Source: Polyangiales bacterium (GTDB lineage Bacteria > Myxococcota_A > Polyangia > Polyangiales > Polyangiaceae). Taken from it: a stretch of DNA of 64,000 bases. The position numbers and the translations under genes were made by a program. The notes under the pieces were generated by a model that saw only the letters and a list, made by a program, of their open reading frames with translations, was not told where the DNA came from and searched no databases. Shown piece by piece: positions 55,830 to 64,000 of the stretch. The stretch is taken from the NCBI GenBank assembly GCA_038230375.1, contig JBBRNJ010000014.1, positions 32,001-96,000 of the forward strand, read 5' to 3'. Numbering within the stretch: the stretch's first letter is position 1; every line of letters begins with the position of its first letter.

Positions 55830-55925
55830 GAGGTCGAGGTAGAGGTCGAAGTCGAGGTCGAAGTCGAGGTCGAGGTCGAAGTCGAGGTCGAGGTCGAAGT
55901 CGAGGTCGAGGTCGAGGTCGAGGTC
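55830..55925. repeat. intergenic hexamer tandem repeat (GAGGTC/GAAGTC) x16
   Basis: 16 contiguous 6-bp units between convergent stops at 55792 and 55927. Confidence 0.95.
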
Positions 55926-55926
55926 G

Positions 55927-56829
55927 CTACTCCGCGCTCGCGTCTTCTCCGCGTTGACGAATCTTGGCTATGCCCTCCCACGGCAGCCAGAGCGCATCGC
56001 CCCTTGTGTGCCCTGCGAAGAACTCCTCCCTCAGCCGCTGCTCCGTTGCTGGCATCGGGCGGTCGGGTCTTCCTCCCCACGGGTTGCACACGCTCGCCAC
56101 CAGGCCGGCGAGCGCGCCCAGGTCGGCCCTCGCGCTCACGCTGTCGCACGCGTCGTTGACCTCTTCCTCGTCGCCGGTCAAGGCGTGGACCGCGAGATCG
56201 TGCGTTGCGAGGATCGCGTCCGTGGATGCGCCCGGCATCGCGTTCAGCAGATAGGCATCGCCCGCGCGAGGGGTGAGGCCCGCTTCGTCCATGAGCATGT
56301 CGCTTGCCATCCGGATCGCGCCCACGAGTGAGACGTGCGCGCCGTTGCCCTTGCCGATCTCGTTTCCGATCCTGTCAACGAGCCGGAGCGTGATCTGGAA
56401 ATCCTTCCCCTGATCGAGCTCGCCCTCGAGGATCGCATCGGCCCGTGCGTTCGCGCTCACGCGTTGCATCGCCGCCGCGTCCTTCTCCTCGAAGACGGCC
56501 GTGCCCGACGCGTCTCGCGCATTCGCGACCAAGGCAGCTGGCGGGAGCGCGCTCTCCGGTCGTCCGCCGAGCCGGAGGCGGATGCGATCGCATGCAAGCG
56601 TCGCTGCGGCGGCGCCCAACCAGCCGTGATGCCGGAGGTCGCTCGAGGTCACCTTCACCTGGGGGCACCCCACGATCCGCACCGGTTGCGGTGCTTCCTT
56701 CGCGCGCGGTCGATCGCTCACTGACTGCAGCGTCGCGACCACCAGCGGAACGAGGACAGCGGTGCCCAGCATCGCGAAAAGGCGCCGCGAGCGCTCGCTC
56801 ATCCCAGCTGCGCGCGGAGGTCTCGCCAT
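55927..56829 (-). CDS. hypothetical membrane-anchored protein
   Basis: 300-aa ORF with an N-terminal TM helix, in line with neighbouring minus-strand genes. Confidence 0.6.
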   Translation of the reverse strand: MARPPRAAGMSERSRRLFAMLGTAVLVPLVVATLQSVSDRPRAKEAPQPVRIVGCPQVKVTSSDLRHHGWLGAAAATLACDRIRLRLGGRPESALPPAALVANARDASGTAVFEEKDAAAMQRVSANARADAILEGELDQGKDFQITLRLVDRIGNEIGKGNGAHVSLVGAIRMASDMLMDEAGLTPRAGDAYLLNAMPGASTDAILATHDLAVHALTGDEEEVNDACDSVSARADLGALAGLVASVCNPWGGRPDRPMPATEQRLREEFFAGHTRGDALWLPWEGIAKIRQRGEDASAE

Positions 56830-56832
56830 GGC

Positions 56833-57807
56833 CTACGCCACGCCAGCGCTCTCGGCGTGTGCACGGAGCAGGAACTCCGCGACGGGCTCGTACACGCGCG
56901 TCTGTGCGTCCTTGCACAGGAACAGATCGCCATGAGCGATCGGGTCCCCGGGGCCTCCCACCACGCAGAGCTCCTTCGTCGAAGAGCCGATCTCGTCGTA
57001 CATGGCGCGCGCTGTCTCCTTGGGCACCACGCCGTCGCCCTCGGCCACCACGCAGAGGTACGGGTACGTCATCTGCGCGAGCGCGGCCGATACGTTCACG
57101 TCGCGGATGAGAAAATCACGGCGTCTGATCCACTCGGAGATCTCCCGGTTGATCTGCGGCACGGGATCCTCCACGGTCTGCACCATCTCGTCCGTGCGTG
57201 AGAGGTCGGTGGACTTGGGGTTCAGGTAGATCGAGAGGAGAGAGGGCGTCAGCTTCGCGAGCACGGGCAGAAGGACACGCGCTGCGCCCCGGGTGTTCTT
57301 GAACGGCACGCGGCCCGCGAGCTCCTTCGAGAAGAACGCCGCGCGCACGAGCGGATGAACCTTCTTCCACGTGACCACGCCCGCAAGGCTCACCAGCGAG
57401 CCCACCTTCGCGTCGGGCACGCACGCGAGGTGTCCGAAGGCGAGCGCCGCGCCGAGGCTGCAGCCGATGAGATCCACCTTGTCCGCGCCGGTCTTGTCCA
57501 GCACGGCCTGGATGCCTGCGCCGACGTCTGCGATGCACAGCTCGGCAAGGCCGTAGGACGGGTTGCCGCCGATGCGCTCGCTCTTGCCCATGCCACGGAG
57601 ATCGATCGTGAACGTGTCGATGCCGCGGGAGGCGAGATGCTCCATGAGCGACGGCCCGGTCGGATGGAAGCCGAAGATGAAGGAGTTCATCCCGTAGCCG
57701 GGGATGAGCAGGGCAGGGCGGCCCACGGGCTCACCGTCTGGCCGCATGCGGCGCATGCTCAGGTTCCAGCCGTTCTTGTTGGGTACAACGAACTCTTCCA
57801 CGATCAC
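56833..57807 (-). CDS. alpha/beta hydrolase (PHA synthase/lipase-like)
   Basis: LLIPGY, DLRG.G, GCSLG nucleophile motif, D.VVP, HGDL. Confidence 0.85.
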   Translation of the reverse strand: MIVEEFVVPNKNGWNLSMRRMRPDGEPVGRPALLIPGYGMNSFIFGFHPTGPSLMEHLASRGIDTFTIDLRGMGKSERIGGNPSYGLAELCIADVGAGIQAVLDKTGADKVDLIGCSLGAALAFGHLACVPDAKVGSLVSLAGVVTWKKVHPLVRAAFFSKELAGRVPFKNTRGAARVLLPVLAKLTPSLLSIYLNPKSTDLSRTDEMVQTVEDPVPQINREISEWIRRRDFLIRDVNVSAALAQMTYPYLCVVAEGDGVVPKETARAMYDEIGSSTKELCVVGGPGDPIAHGDLFLCKDAQTRVYEPVAEFLLRAHAESAGVA

Positions 57808-58973
57808 CTCATCACGAAGAACTTGAGGTAGCGCCCTTCGGGCCAGGCGGCGAGGGTAGGGTGATCCGCTGGCGGACCGAAGCTCTCTGCAAGACGAAGG
57901 TCCGATCTCCCGAGGGCCTGGTCGTCGAGCGTGCTCGCGAATGCGGTCGCGTCCACGTGGCTCGAGCACGACGCGGCGCAGAAGGTCCCGCCCTTTGCGA
58001 GGACATTCACGCATGCAGCATGCAGCTTTCTGTACGCGGAGATCGCGCGCGGCAAGGACTTCGCGTTCGGTGCGAAGCTCGGCGGATCAGAGATCACGAT
58101 GTCCCACGATTTCTTTTCGGTCGCCGCGCGCTCCAGGAATATGAATGCGTCCGCCGTCGCGAACGCGTGCCCCTTCGGGTCCAGGTCCGCCACGCGGAAC
58201 GAGTCCATCGCGGTCTTGTGCGCCGCCGCTGCCACGTCGACGCTGGTCGTGATCGCGCCTGCGCGCGCCGCGTGGATCGAGAAGCCGCCAGCGTAGGAGA
58301 ACAGGTTGAGGACCGTGACGCCGCGGCCGCCCTTCGCGCGAACCAGATCGCCGACGCGCCGTCGGTTCTCGCGCTGGTCCAGGAAGGCGCCGGTCTTCTG
58401 GCCAGAGAGCACGTCGACCACGAACGGCACTCCGTGCTCCATCACGCGGATCGCCTTTGCGGGGGGCGGACCGTGCAGCGTGATCGCTTCCTGTTCACGG
58501 AGACGCAGCACGAGCGTCTTCATCCCGAGCGGCGCGAGCGCACGCACGAGCACCTCCACGTGATCGCGCACGAGCGCCTCTGCTGCGCGACCATCTGGCT
58601 TCACGACGCAGACTTCGTCGTAGCGATCGATGACGATGCCCGGCACGCGATCACCTTCGCCGTGCGCGACGCGAAATGCGTTCGTCTGCTGGTCGAAGAG
58701 CTCGGCGCGGATGCGCACGCACTCATCGAGACGTCCCGGCAAAAGACGGGACGGAACGACATGTGGGTCGGGCGACCACACTCGAACCGCGAGGGGAGAC
58801 TCGCTGTCGTACAGACCCACGCCGACCTTCTTCTTGTCGTCGCCGATCAGCACGACCTCGCCGTGGTCTAGCTCGGGCGCGCGGGCGACGGCGTCCTTGT
58901 AAATCCAGGGATGGCCGCGCTCCACGGCGCGTACGCCTGCGGTGCGAAGGATGACCTCGGGCGGTGCCTTCAT
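57804..58973 (-). CDS. RlmI-like 23S rRNA m5C methyltransferase
   Basis: PUA domain GHPWIY, GEGD..PG..IDRY, GQKTG.FLDQRENR, LNLFSYAGGF, DPPSF, YLK. Confidence 0.9.
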   Translation of the reverse strand: MKAPPEVILRTAGVRAVERGHPWIYKDAVARAPELDHGEVVLIGDDKKKVGVGLYDSESPLAVRVWSPDPHVVPSRLLPGRLDECVRIRAELFDQQTNAFRVAHGEGDRVPGIVIDRYDEVCVVKPDGRAAEALVRDHVEVLVRALAPLGMKTLVLRLREQEAITLHGPPPAKAIRVMEHGVPFVVDVLSGQKTGAFLDQRENRRRVGDLVRAKGGRGVTVLNLFSYAGGFSIHAARAGAITTSVDVAAAAHKTAMDSFRVADLDPKGHAFATADAFIFLERAATEKKSWDIVISDPPSFAPNAKSLPRAISAYRKLHAACVNVLAKGGTFCAASCSSHVDATAFASTLDDQALGRSDLRLAESFGPPADHPTLAAWPEGRYLKFFVMR

Positions 58974-59184
58974 CTTATTTTCGATGCCGTAGCAGATCGC
59001 GTGATCGATTTGCTTGTGCGGATCCATCCTGTGCCAGGGTGGGAGAAAAATGCGACGCAAATGTCGTGCATGAATTGACGGCGGTGGAAAGAGGGGCAGA
59101 ATCCCCGGCGTAGTTTTCGAGCACGGCGTTTGCTTTCAACGGGTTGTGGCATTGCATCCCGATACCCGGACCTCCAGGAACCTC

Positions 59185-60291
59185 ATGGCGAAGAAGAAGT
59201 CCCCGCGCAAGCGCCCTCCGGTCCCCATGACCGCATCGAAGGCGTTGTCGCATCTTGCGGAGCACCCGATTGGCAGTGCGCGCGACAGCGAGCCCCGCGA
59301 GAGCGGCACGCGCGAGTCGCGTACCAGCGGCGTGTTCGAGGAGCTGTACGCCGGCGAGCTGCGTCGCCGCGCCGAGGCGCTCGCGGTGGAGATTGGTCCC
59401 GTTGCCCCTGCACCCGCCCCCGCCCCCGCACCCAGCGGGCCGAAGCTGCGCGAGGAGCGCAAGGCAGCCGACGCCCGCGCCTTGGAAGCACACGAAGCAC
59501 GCGCCACCGCAAAGCAGGCGGCGGAAGATCTGCTGGACGACACGAGCATCCCGCCGGTCGACGTGGAGGCGGAGCAGTTCTTTGCTGAAGGAGAGAGCCG
59601 CGCCTCCATGCCGCATCTCTGGGCCCACGAGCCGGAGCATCTGGATCTCGACGAGCCGCATTCCGATCACGTGCGTCGGGCTTCGCCAGAGGTGCTCGTG
59701 CGTCGGACGCGCCTCCGCAAGGTCACCCAGCGCGTCGTCGCCGCGTTTGCGCTCATCGCGCTCGCGGGACTCGGCAAGGCTGCGTTCACGCACGCCCCGT
59801 CCGCGGAGCTCCCGCTGTCATCCGTGGTGCATGCAGCCGCGGCCATCGAGCAAGAGCGGCTTGCCCCCCAGGCACTCGCTGCGCAGCCACCCGCCGCTGT
59901 GCGCGCCGCGGCTGCGATCCCGCCGCCCGAGCCGGCAAAGGTGGAGGAGCCCAAGGCGGAGGCTCCGGTCGCGGAGAAGCCGACCGAGCAGCTCGCCGCG
60001 AAGCCCAGCGAAGACGTGAAGCCGACCGACGAGGCCAAGCCCGCTCCTTCGGGCGACGCGAAGGCCGACAAGAAGGCGGCTCAGCGCGCGATCGATCGCG
60101 GTGACAACAAGGGTGCTGTCGAAGCCGGCGAGCGCGCGCTCGAGGTCGACCCGACCGACGCGGAGACCTGGCTCATTGTCGGCGCTGCCTATCAACAGAT
60201 GGGACAGGGCGCGAAGGCCCGTCAGGCGTTCTCCTCGTGCATGAGCAAGTCGACGCATGGCCCCAGGGGCGAGTGCGCGGCTTTCCGCTGA
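59185..60291 (+). CDS. bitopic membrane protein with C-terminal TPR
   Basis: Disordered N-terminus, one TM helix, Pro/Ala/Glu linker, TPR (ALEVDPTDAETWLIVGAAY). Confidence 0.75.
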   Translation: MAKKKSPRKRPPVPMTASKALSHLAEHPIGSARDSEPRESGTRESRTSGVFEELYAGELRRRAEALAVEIGPVAPAPAPAPAPSGPKLREERKAADARALEAHEARATAKQAAEDLLDDTSIPPVDVEAEQFFAEGESRASMPHLWAHEPEHLDLDEPHSDHVRRASPEVLVRRTRLRKVTQRVVAAFALIALAGLGKAAFTHAPSAELPLSSVVHAAAAIEQERLAPQALAAQPPAAVRAAAAIPPPEPAKVEEPKAEAPVAEKPTEQLAAKPSEDVKPTDEAKPAPSGDAKADKKAAQRAIDRGDNKGAVEAGERALEVDPTDAETWLIVGAAYQQMGQGAKARQAFSSCMSKSTHGPRGECAAFR

Positions 60292-60351
60292 GCAGAACCG
60301 CCTGAGCCCGCCGAGCCCAGCGCGCCCGCCCAGATCGATGGCCCGCCTGCG

Positions 60352-60380
60352 TTGACACCTATGCCCGTGGGCGGTAGGTG
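60352..60380 (+). promoter_or_regulatory. sigma70-type promoter of prs
   Basis: TTGACA-17 bp-TAGGTG. Confidence 0.55.
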
Positions 60381-60422
60381 GACGCTCGAACCCCGTCCAT
60401 CGCCGTTGCTCTCGGAGGCCCA

Positions 60423-61364
60423 GTGTTCAAAAAGGTCAGCCTGTTCACGGGTAACGCGAATCCAGAGCTAGCGAGCGCGATCGCGGGCTACCTGGAGGCC
60501 CCCATGGGGAAGGCCAAGATCCAGCGCTTCTCGGACGGCGAGACCTTCTGTGAGATCGGCGAGAACGTCCGCGGCGTGGACGCGTACATCATCCAGCCCA
60601 CGTGCCGCCCCGTGAACGACCACGTGATGGAGCTGCTCATCATGGCGGACACGCTTCGCCGCGCCTCCGCCGAGAACATCACCGCCGTCATCCCGTACTA
60701 CGGCTACGGGCGCCAGGATCGCAAGGTCGCGCCGCGCACGCCCATCACGAGCAAGCTCGTCGCGGACCTGATGCAGGCAGCAGGCGTCACGCGCGTCGTC
60801 AGCGTCGACTTGCACGCTGGGCAGATCCAGGGCTTCTTCAACATCCCGTTCGATCACCTCTACGCGATGCCGGTGATGCTCGACTACCTGAAGCGGAAGT
60901 TCGACTCGTCGGCGGTCTTCGTGTCCCCGGACGCTGGCGGCGTGGAGCGCGCGCGCGCGTACTCGAAGCGCCTGAACGCGAGCCTCGCCATCATCGACAA
61001 GCGCCGCGAGCACGCCAACGTCAGTGAGGTCATGCATCTCATCGGCGAGGTGAAGGGCCGCGACTGCATCGTCATCGACGACATGATCGACACCGCCGGC
61101 ACGCTGGTCGGCGCCGCGCGCGCGCTCATGGAGAAGGGCGCGAACCGCGTCGTCGCGTGTGCCACGCACGGCGTGCTGTCCGGCCCCGCGATCACGCGAA
61201 TCCAGGAGTCGGTCCTCGAGGAGGTCGTCGTCACGGACACGATCCCTCTGACGGAAGAGGCGAAGGGCTGCAGCAAGATCAAGCAGGTCAGCATTGCAAA
61301 GCTGCTGGGCGAGGCCATCAAGCGAATCCACTCGAGCGATTCGGTCTCCTCACTGTTCGCCTAG
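60423..61364 (+). CDS. prs: ribose-phosphate pyrophosphokinase
   Basis: [42 protein letters not shown]. Confidence 0.97.
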   Translation: MFKKVSLFTGNANPELASAIAGYLEAPMGKAKIQRFSDGETFCEIGENVRGVDAYIIQPTCRPVNDHVMELLIMADTLRRASAENITAVIPYYGYGRQDRKVAPRTPITSKLVADLMQAAGVTRVVSVDLHAGQIQGFFNIPFDHLYAMPVMLDYLKRKFDSSAVFVSPDAGGVERARAYSKRLNASLAIIDKRREHANVSEVMHLIGEVKGRDCIVIDDMIDTAGTLVGAARALMEKGANRVVACATHGVLSGPAITRIQESVLEEVVVTDTIPLTEEAKGCSKIKQVSIAKLLGEAIKRIHSSDSVSSLFA

Positions 61365-61411
61365 GTCAAGGTCGAGGTCGGGGGGCCACCTTGACCCAGC
61401 GAGAAATCGCT
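61364..61411 (+). promoter_or_regulatory. hairpins in the prs-rplY spacer
   Basis: GGTCAAGGT/ACCTTGACC stem followed by AGCGA-GAAA-TCGCT. Confidence 0.35.
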
Positions 61412-61466
61412 ACCTGTTTCTCCGGGCGTTTGCTATCTACCGACCCCCATTTCAGGAGCCAGAGCC

Positions 61467-62192
61467 ATGACGTCCGCCATGATCCAAGTCAACGCCAAGT
61501 CCCGCACCGCCACCGGCAAGAGCGCAGCCGGCCGCATCCGCGCGAAGGGCGAGGTCCCCGCGGTCGCGTACGGTCATGATCTGCCGTCCACGCTCCTCTC
61601 GGTCGATCCCAAGCAGATCGTGTCGATCCTCGCCAACGAGCGCGGCAAGAACAACGTGCTCAAGGTCGACGTCGAGGGGAAGAAGAACTTCCTCGCGATG
61701 ATCAAGGAGTACGCCTACCACCCGGTGAAGCGGAACCTCACGCACGTTGACTTCGTCGAGGTGAAGCTCGACAAGCCGGTCGACGTCGAGATCCCGCTCT
61801 TCACCAAGGGCAAGGCCGTCGGCGTGACCGCGGGCGGCATGCTCCGTCAGGTCTACCGCATGGTGCCGGTGCGCTGCCTCCCGGACCGCATCCCGCTCAA
61901 GCTGGAGGTCGACGTCACGCACCTCGAGCTCGGCGAGGCCATTGCCACCAAGGACCTCAACCTCGGTGAGGGCGTCACCGCTCGTCTCCCGGATGAGCAG
62001 ACCCTCGTCGCCGTCGTGGCGCCCGAGAAGGATCGCACCGAGGAAGACGCGGCCGCAGCAGCCCTTCTTGCTGGCGCGGCTCCCGCGGCTGGTGCAGCTC
62101 CGGCTGCCGGCGCGGCCCCCGCGGCTGGCGCGAAGGACGCGAAGGCTGCGGCACCTGCCGCCGCCGCCGCGAAGGACACGAAGAAGAAGTAG
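61467..62192 (+). CDS. rplY: 50S ribosomal protein L25/Ctc
   Basis: GK.AA.RIR..G.VPAVAYG, HP....HVDF, GKAVGV..GG; Ala-rich tail. Confidence 0.96.
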   Translation: MTSAMIQVNAKSRTATGKSAAGRIRAKGEVPAVAYGHDLPSTLLSVDPKQIVSILANERGKNNVLKVDVEGKKNFLAMIKEYAYHPVKRNLTHVDFVEVKLDKPVDVEIPLFTKGKAVGVTAGGMLRQVYRMVPVRCLPDRIPLKLEVDVTHLELGEAIATKDLNLGEGVTARLPDEQTLVAVVAPEKDRTEEDAAAAALLAGAAPAAGAAPAAGAAPAAGAKDAKAAAPAAAAAKDTKKK

Positions 62193-62204
62193 TCGCTTCT
62201 CGTC

Positions 62205-62777
62205 GTGTGGCTTCTGATTGGCCTGGGAAATCCAGGCAAGAAGTACGAACGAAACCGCCACAACATCGGCTTCGTCGTGACGGAGTCCATCCGCGACGAC
62301 AAAGGTCTTCCGGATTTCCGGGACAAGTTCAGTGGGCGCTTCTCCAGGGGCGATGCGCTCGCTGTGCTCTTGCCGCAGACGTTCATGAACCTGTCGGGGG
62401 ACAGCGTGCAGCCCGCGCAGGCGTTCATGAAGCTCGAGCCGTCACAGATCATCGTGGTCCACGACGAGCTCGATCTTCCGTTCGGGCGCATCGCCGTGAA
62501 GGTCTCGGGGGGCCACGCCGGTCACAACGGCCTTCGCAGCATCATCGCGCGTCTGGGCACGCCCGACTTCGTGCGCGTCCGCGTGGGCGTCGGCAGGCCA
62601 CCGCCAGGCTTTCAGGGAGACGTGGCGGACTACGTGCTCGCGGACTTCGATGCGAGCGAGCGCGCGGAGCTACCAGGCGTTGTCACGCGCGCGAAGGACG
62701 CAGTCAACGCAGTCATCGATCACGGCGTGGACGCCGCCATGACCACGGTGAACCAGACCGCGTCCAAGAAGAAATGA
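62205..62777 (+). CDS. pth: peptidyl-tRNA hydrolase
   Basis: GLGNPG..Y..NRHNIGF, PQTFMNLSG, HDELD, GHNGLRS. Confidence 0.97.
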   Translation: MWLLIGLGNPGKKYERNRHNIGFVVTESIRDDKGLPDFRDKFSGRFSRGDALAVLLPQTFMNLSGDSVQPAQAFMKLEPSQIIVVHDELDLPFGRIAVKVSGGHAGHNGLRSIIARLGTPDFVRVRVGVGRPPPGFQGDVADYVLADFDASERAELPGVVTRAKDAVNAVIDHGVDAAMTTVNQTASKKK

Positions 62778-63335
62778 CTACAGCGAGCGCTCTCCCTGGT
62801 AGTTGCCCTGGTAGAGGTGGAAGCAGTCCGACGAGGGAGTGCCGTCCGCAGTGGTCGTACGCGAGGCCGCGATGCGCAGGCGCTGCTGGTCGATCTCTCC
62901 TGTGAGATCCTTGAAGCGCGGGTGCCCGAGCAGCAACTCCCACGCGTCATCCTGACGCGCCTCCTGCGCCCAGGTGGAGTCGAGCGCGATCGCGTTCTCC
63001 AGCGCCGCGAGCGCCTGCGTGTGACGGCCGGCGCGCGCGAGCTCGCAGCCGTGCTTGAAATGAAGCATCGCCAGGCTGTCGCCAGCGATCTCGTGGCCAA
63101 GCCGGCTCATCTCGTGGATGGCCTGCTCGTACGCAACGACGGCCTCGTCGTGACGTTCCAGGAACGCCAGTGCCAGCGCCCGCGATTGAGACTCGAGCTG
63201 CGCCTCACCGGCCATCGAGAGCAACGTCTCCGCCACATGGCGTGAGTGCATCGGCCCTTCGCCCGGCCCGTTGAGGAAGCTGAGAGAGCCCGTGAAACCG
63301 TCGGTTCCGCCTTGTAGTGCCATCGTCGTCGTCAC
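62778..63335 (-). CDS. TPR-containing hypothetical protein
   Basis: TPR helices; C-terminal A.QD..W.LL..PRF..L cap motif; start uncertain. Confidence 0.6.
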   Translation of the reverse strand: MTTTMALQGGTDGFTGSLSFLNGPGEGPMHSRHVAETLLSMAGEAQLESQSRALALAFLERHDEAVVAYEQAIHEMSRLGHEIAGDSLAMLHFKHGCELARAGRHTQALAALENAIALDSTWAQEARQDDAWELLLGHPRFKDLTGEIDQQRLRIAASRTTTADGTPSSDCFHLYQGNYQGERSL

Positions 63336-63659
63336 CCTCGCCCGCCGTAAAGCAGGTCCCGGGCCAACGTGGAGAGCCCCCAGCGCGACGCCTCGATCGG
63401 CCGAATATCTGCCACAGTCGAGTGATTCGCAGTCGATTCGAACGGCGTGGCTGTGGCGGATGCGCCTCGGAAGTCGGAACTTTTCTTCACGGCCTGTGGC
63501 GCGTGCAGAAATTGTCTGCCGCCCATGCGCGCAGGCTGACGGTTACGGCAGTGAAAGGCGTGACTGTAGGTTCTCGATCGGGGTGTGACCGGAGTTGACG
63601 GCGGGGCTCGGGGCACCGGCACCGGAAGCTGCACGTGTGGACGTTTGCAGGGAGAGGGC

Positions 63660-63763
63660 TTGCGATGCGCAGGGTTGTTCGCTAGAACGCCGTTCCCCCG
63701 CTCGTGGGCTTTTGCCGCACGGGCTACCCCGGGTCTTTCGACCTGGGAATCCAAGGAGACAGC
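63660..63763 (+). promoter_or_regulatory. rpsF promoter and structured leader (possible S6:S18 autoregulatory site)
   Basis: TTGCGA-17-TAGAAC; C-run then two hairpins (CTCGTGGGC/GCCGCACGGG, CCCGGGTC/GACCTGGG) before the AAGGAG RBS. Confidence 0.5.
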
Positions 63764-64000
63764 ATGACCACTACCCAAGTACTGCCCACGAAGGAGTACG
63801 AGACCATCTACATCCTTCGCCCCGATGTCGACGCCGACACCGCGGACAAGATCCAGAGCCGCGTGGCCGAGGTCGTCGGTCGCGACAACGGCAAGCTCGT
63901 CAAGGTCGAGGCCTGGGGCCGCCGCAAGCTCGCCTACCCGGTGCAGAAGCACAAGAAGGGCGTCTACGTGTACGTGAAGTACGTGGGCAAGGGCGGCCTC
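63764..64000 (+). CDS. rpsF: 30S ribosomal protein S6 (3'-truncated by window edge)
   Basis: EYETIYILRPD, WGRRKLAYP motifs; AAGGAG RBS. Confidence 0.96.
   Translation, partial: MTTTQVLPTKEYETIYILRPDVDADTADKIQSRVAEVVGRDNGKLVKVEAWGRRKLAYPVQKHKKGVYVYVKYVGKGGL

Noticed and set aside
55830..55925. CRISPR array, or a poly-Ser/Thr protein (ORF 55073-56149)
   Set aside because: Contiguous 6-bp units without spacers and no cas genes; the ORF is antisense to the methyltransferase and out of frame with the neighbouring gene
59118..59135. Sigma54 promoter GAGCACGGCGTTTGC
   Set aside because: The invariant -24 GG is AG; insufficient on its own
1..64000. Hundreds of long overlapping Arg/Ala/Pro-rich ORFs in the six-frame track (e.g. 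7403-8884, 43129-44709, 50049-51311)
   Set aside because: Shadow frames of real high-GC genes; no motifs and they overlap confident CDSs

Overview
High-GC bacterial chromosome segment. Gene content (Tgl-like TPR lipoprotein, PilZ protein, tandem Hanks kinases, many small Cys/DAG-rich lipoproteins, mevalonate pathway) points to a myxobacterium, probably Polyangiales; this taxonomy is inference. Most of it is core genome: gshA, trpF, a divergent mevalonate/isoprenoid cluster (fni | polyprenyl synthase-mvk-mvaD-PMK-class II HMG-CoA reductase), tRNA-Leu(GAG), hisB, a Crp-tgl-RodZ-like-recO-pfkB-DUF971-murJ-yihA run, def, ilvE, pruA, a GH63 glucosidase, an RlmI-like methyltransferase and prs-rplY-pth...rpsF. 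The one clear accessory element is a ~5.1 kb integrase-less island at tRNA-Val(CAC), bounded by a 45/46-bp duplication of the tRNA 3' half. It carries secreted Cys-rich and ferritin-like lipoproteins, an IS21 stub, a dif-like site, a frameshifted gene, and an AbiE-like antitoxin with a perfect palindromic operator whose nucleotidyltransferase partner is truncated. Best non-coding leads: a ~120-nt rod-shaped leader between a consensus sigma70 promoter and the mevalonate operon; an NrtR-type box on an ADP-ribosylglycohydrolase; a strong G-to-A synonymous skew in trpF; and an intergenic (GAGGTC)16 tract. An atypical HDDLHGGN kinase is also of interest. No CRISPR array, rRNA or intact integrase/transposase was seen. 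All calls come from motif recognition by eye, with no database searches.
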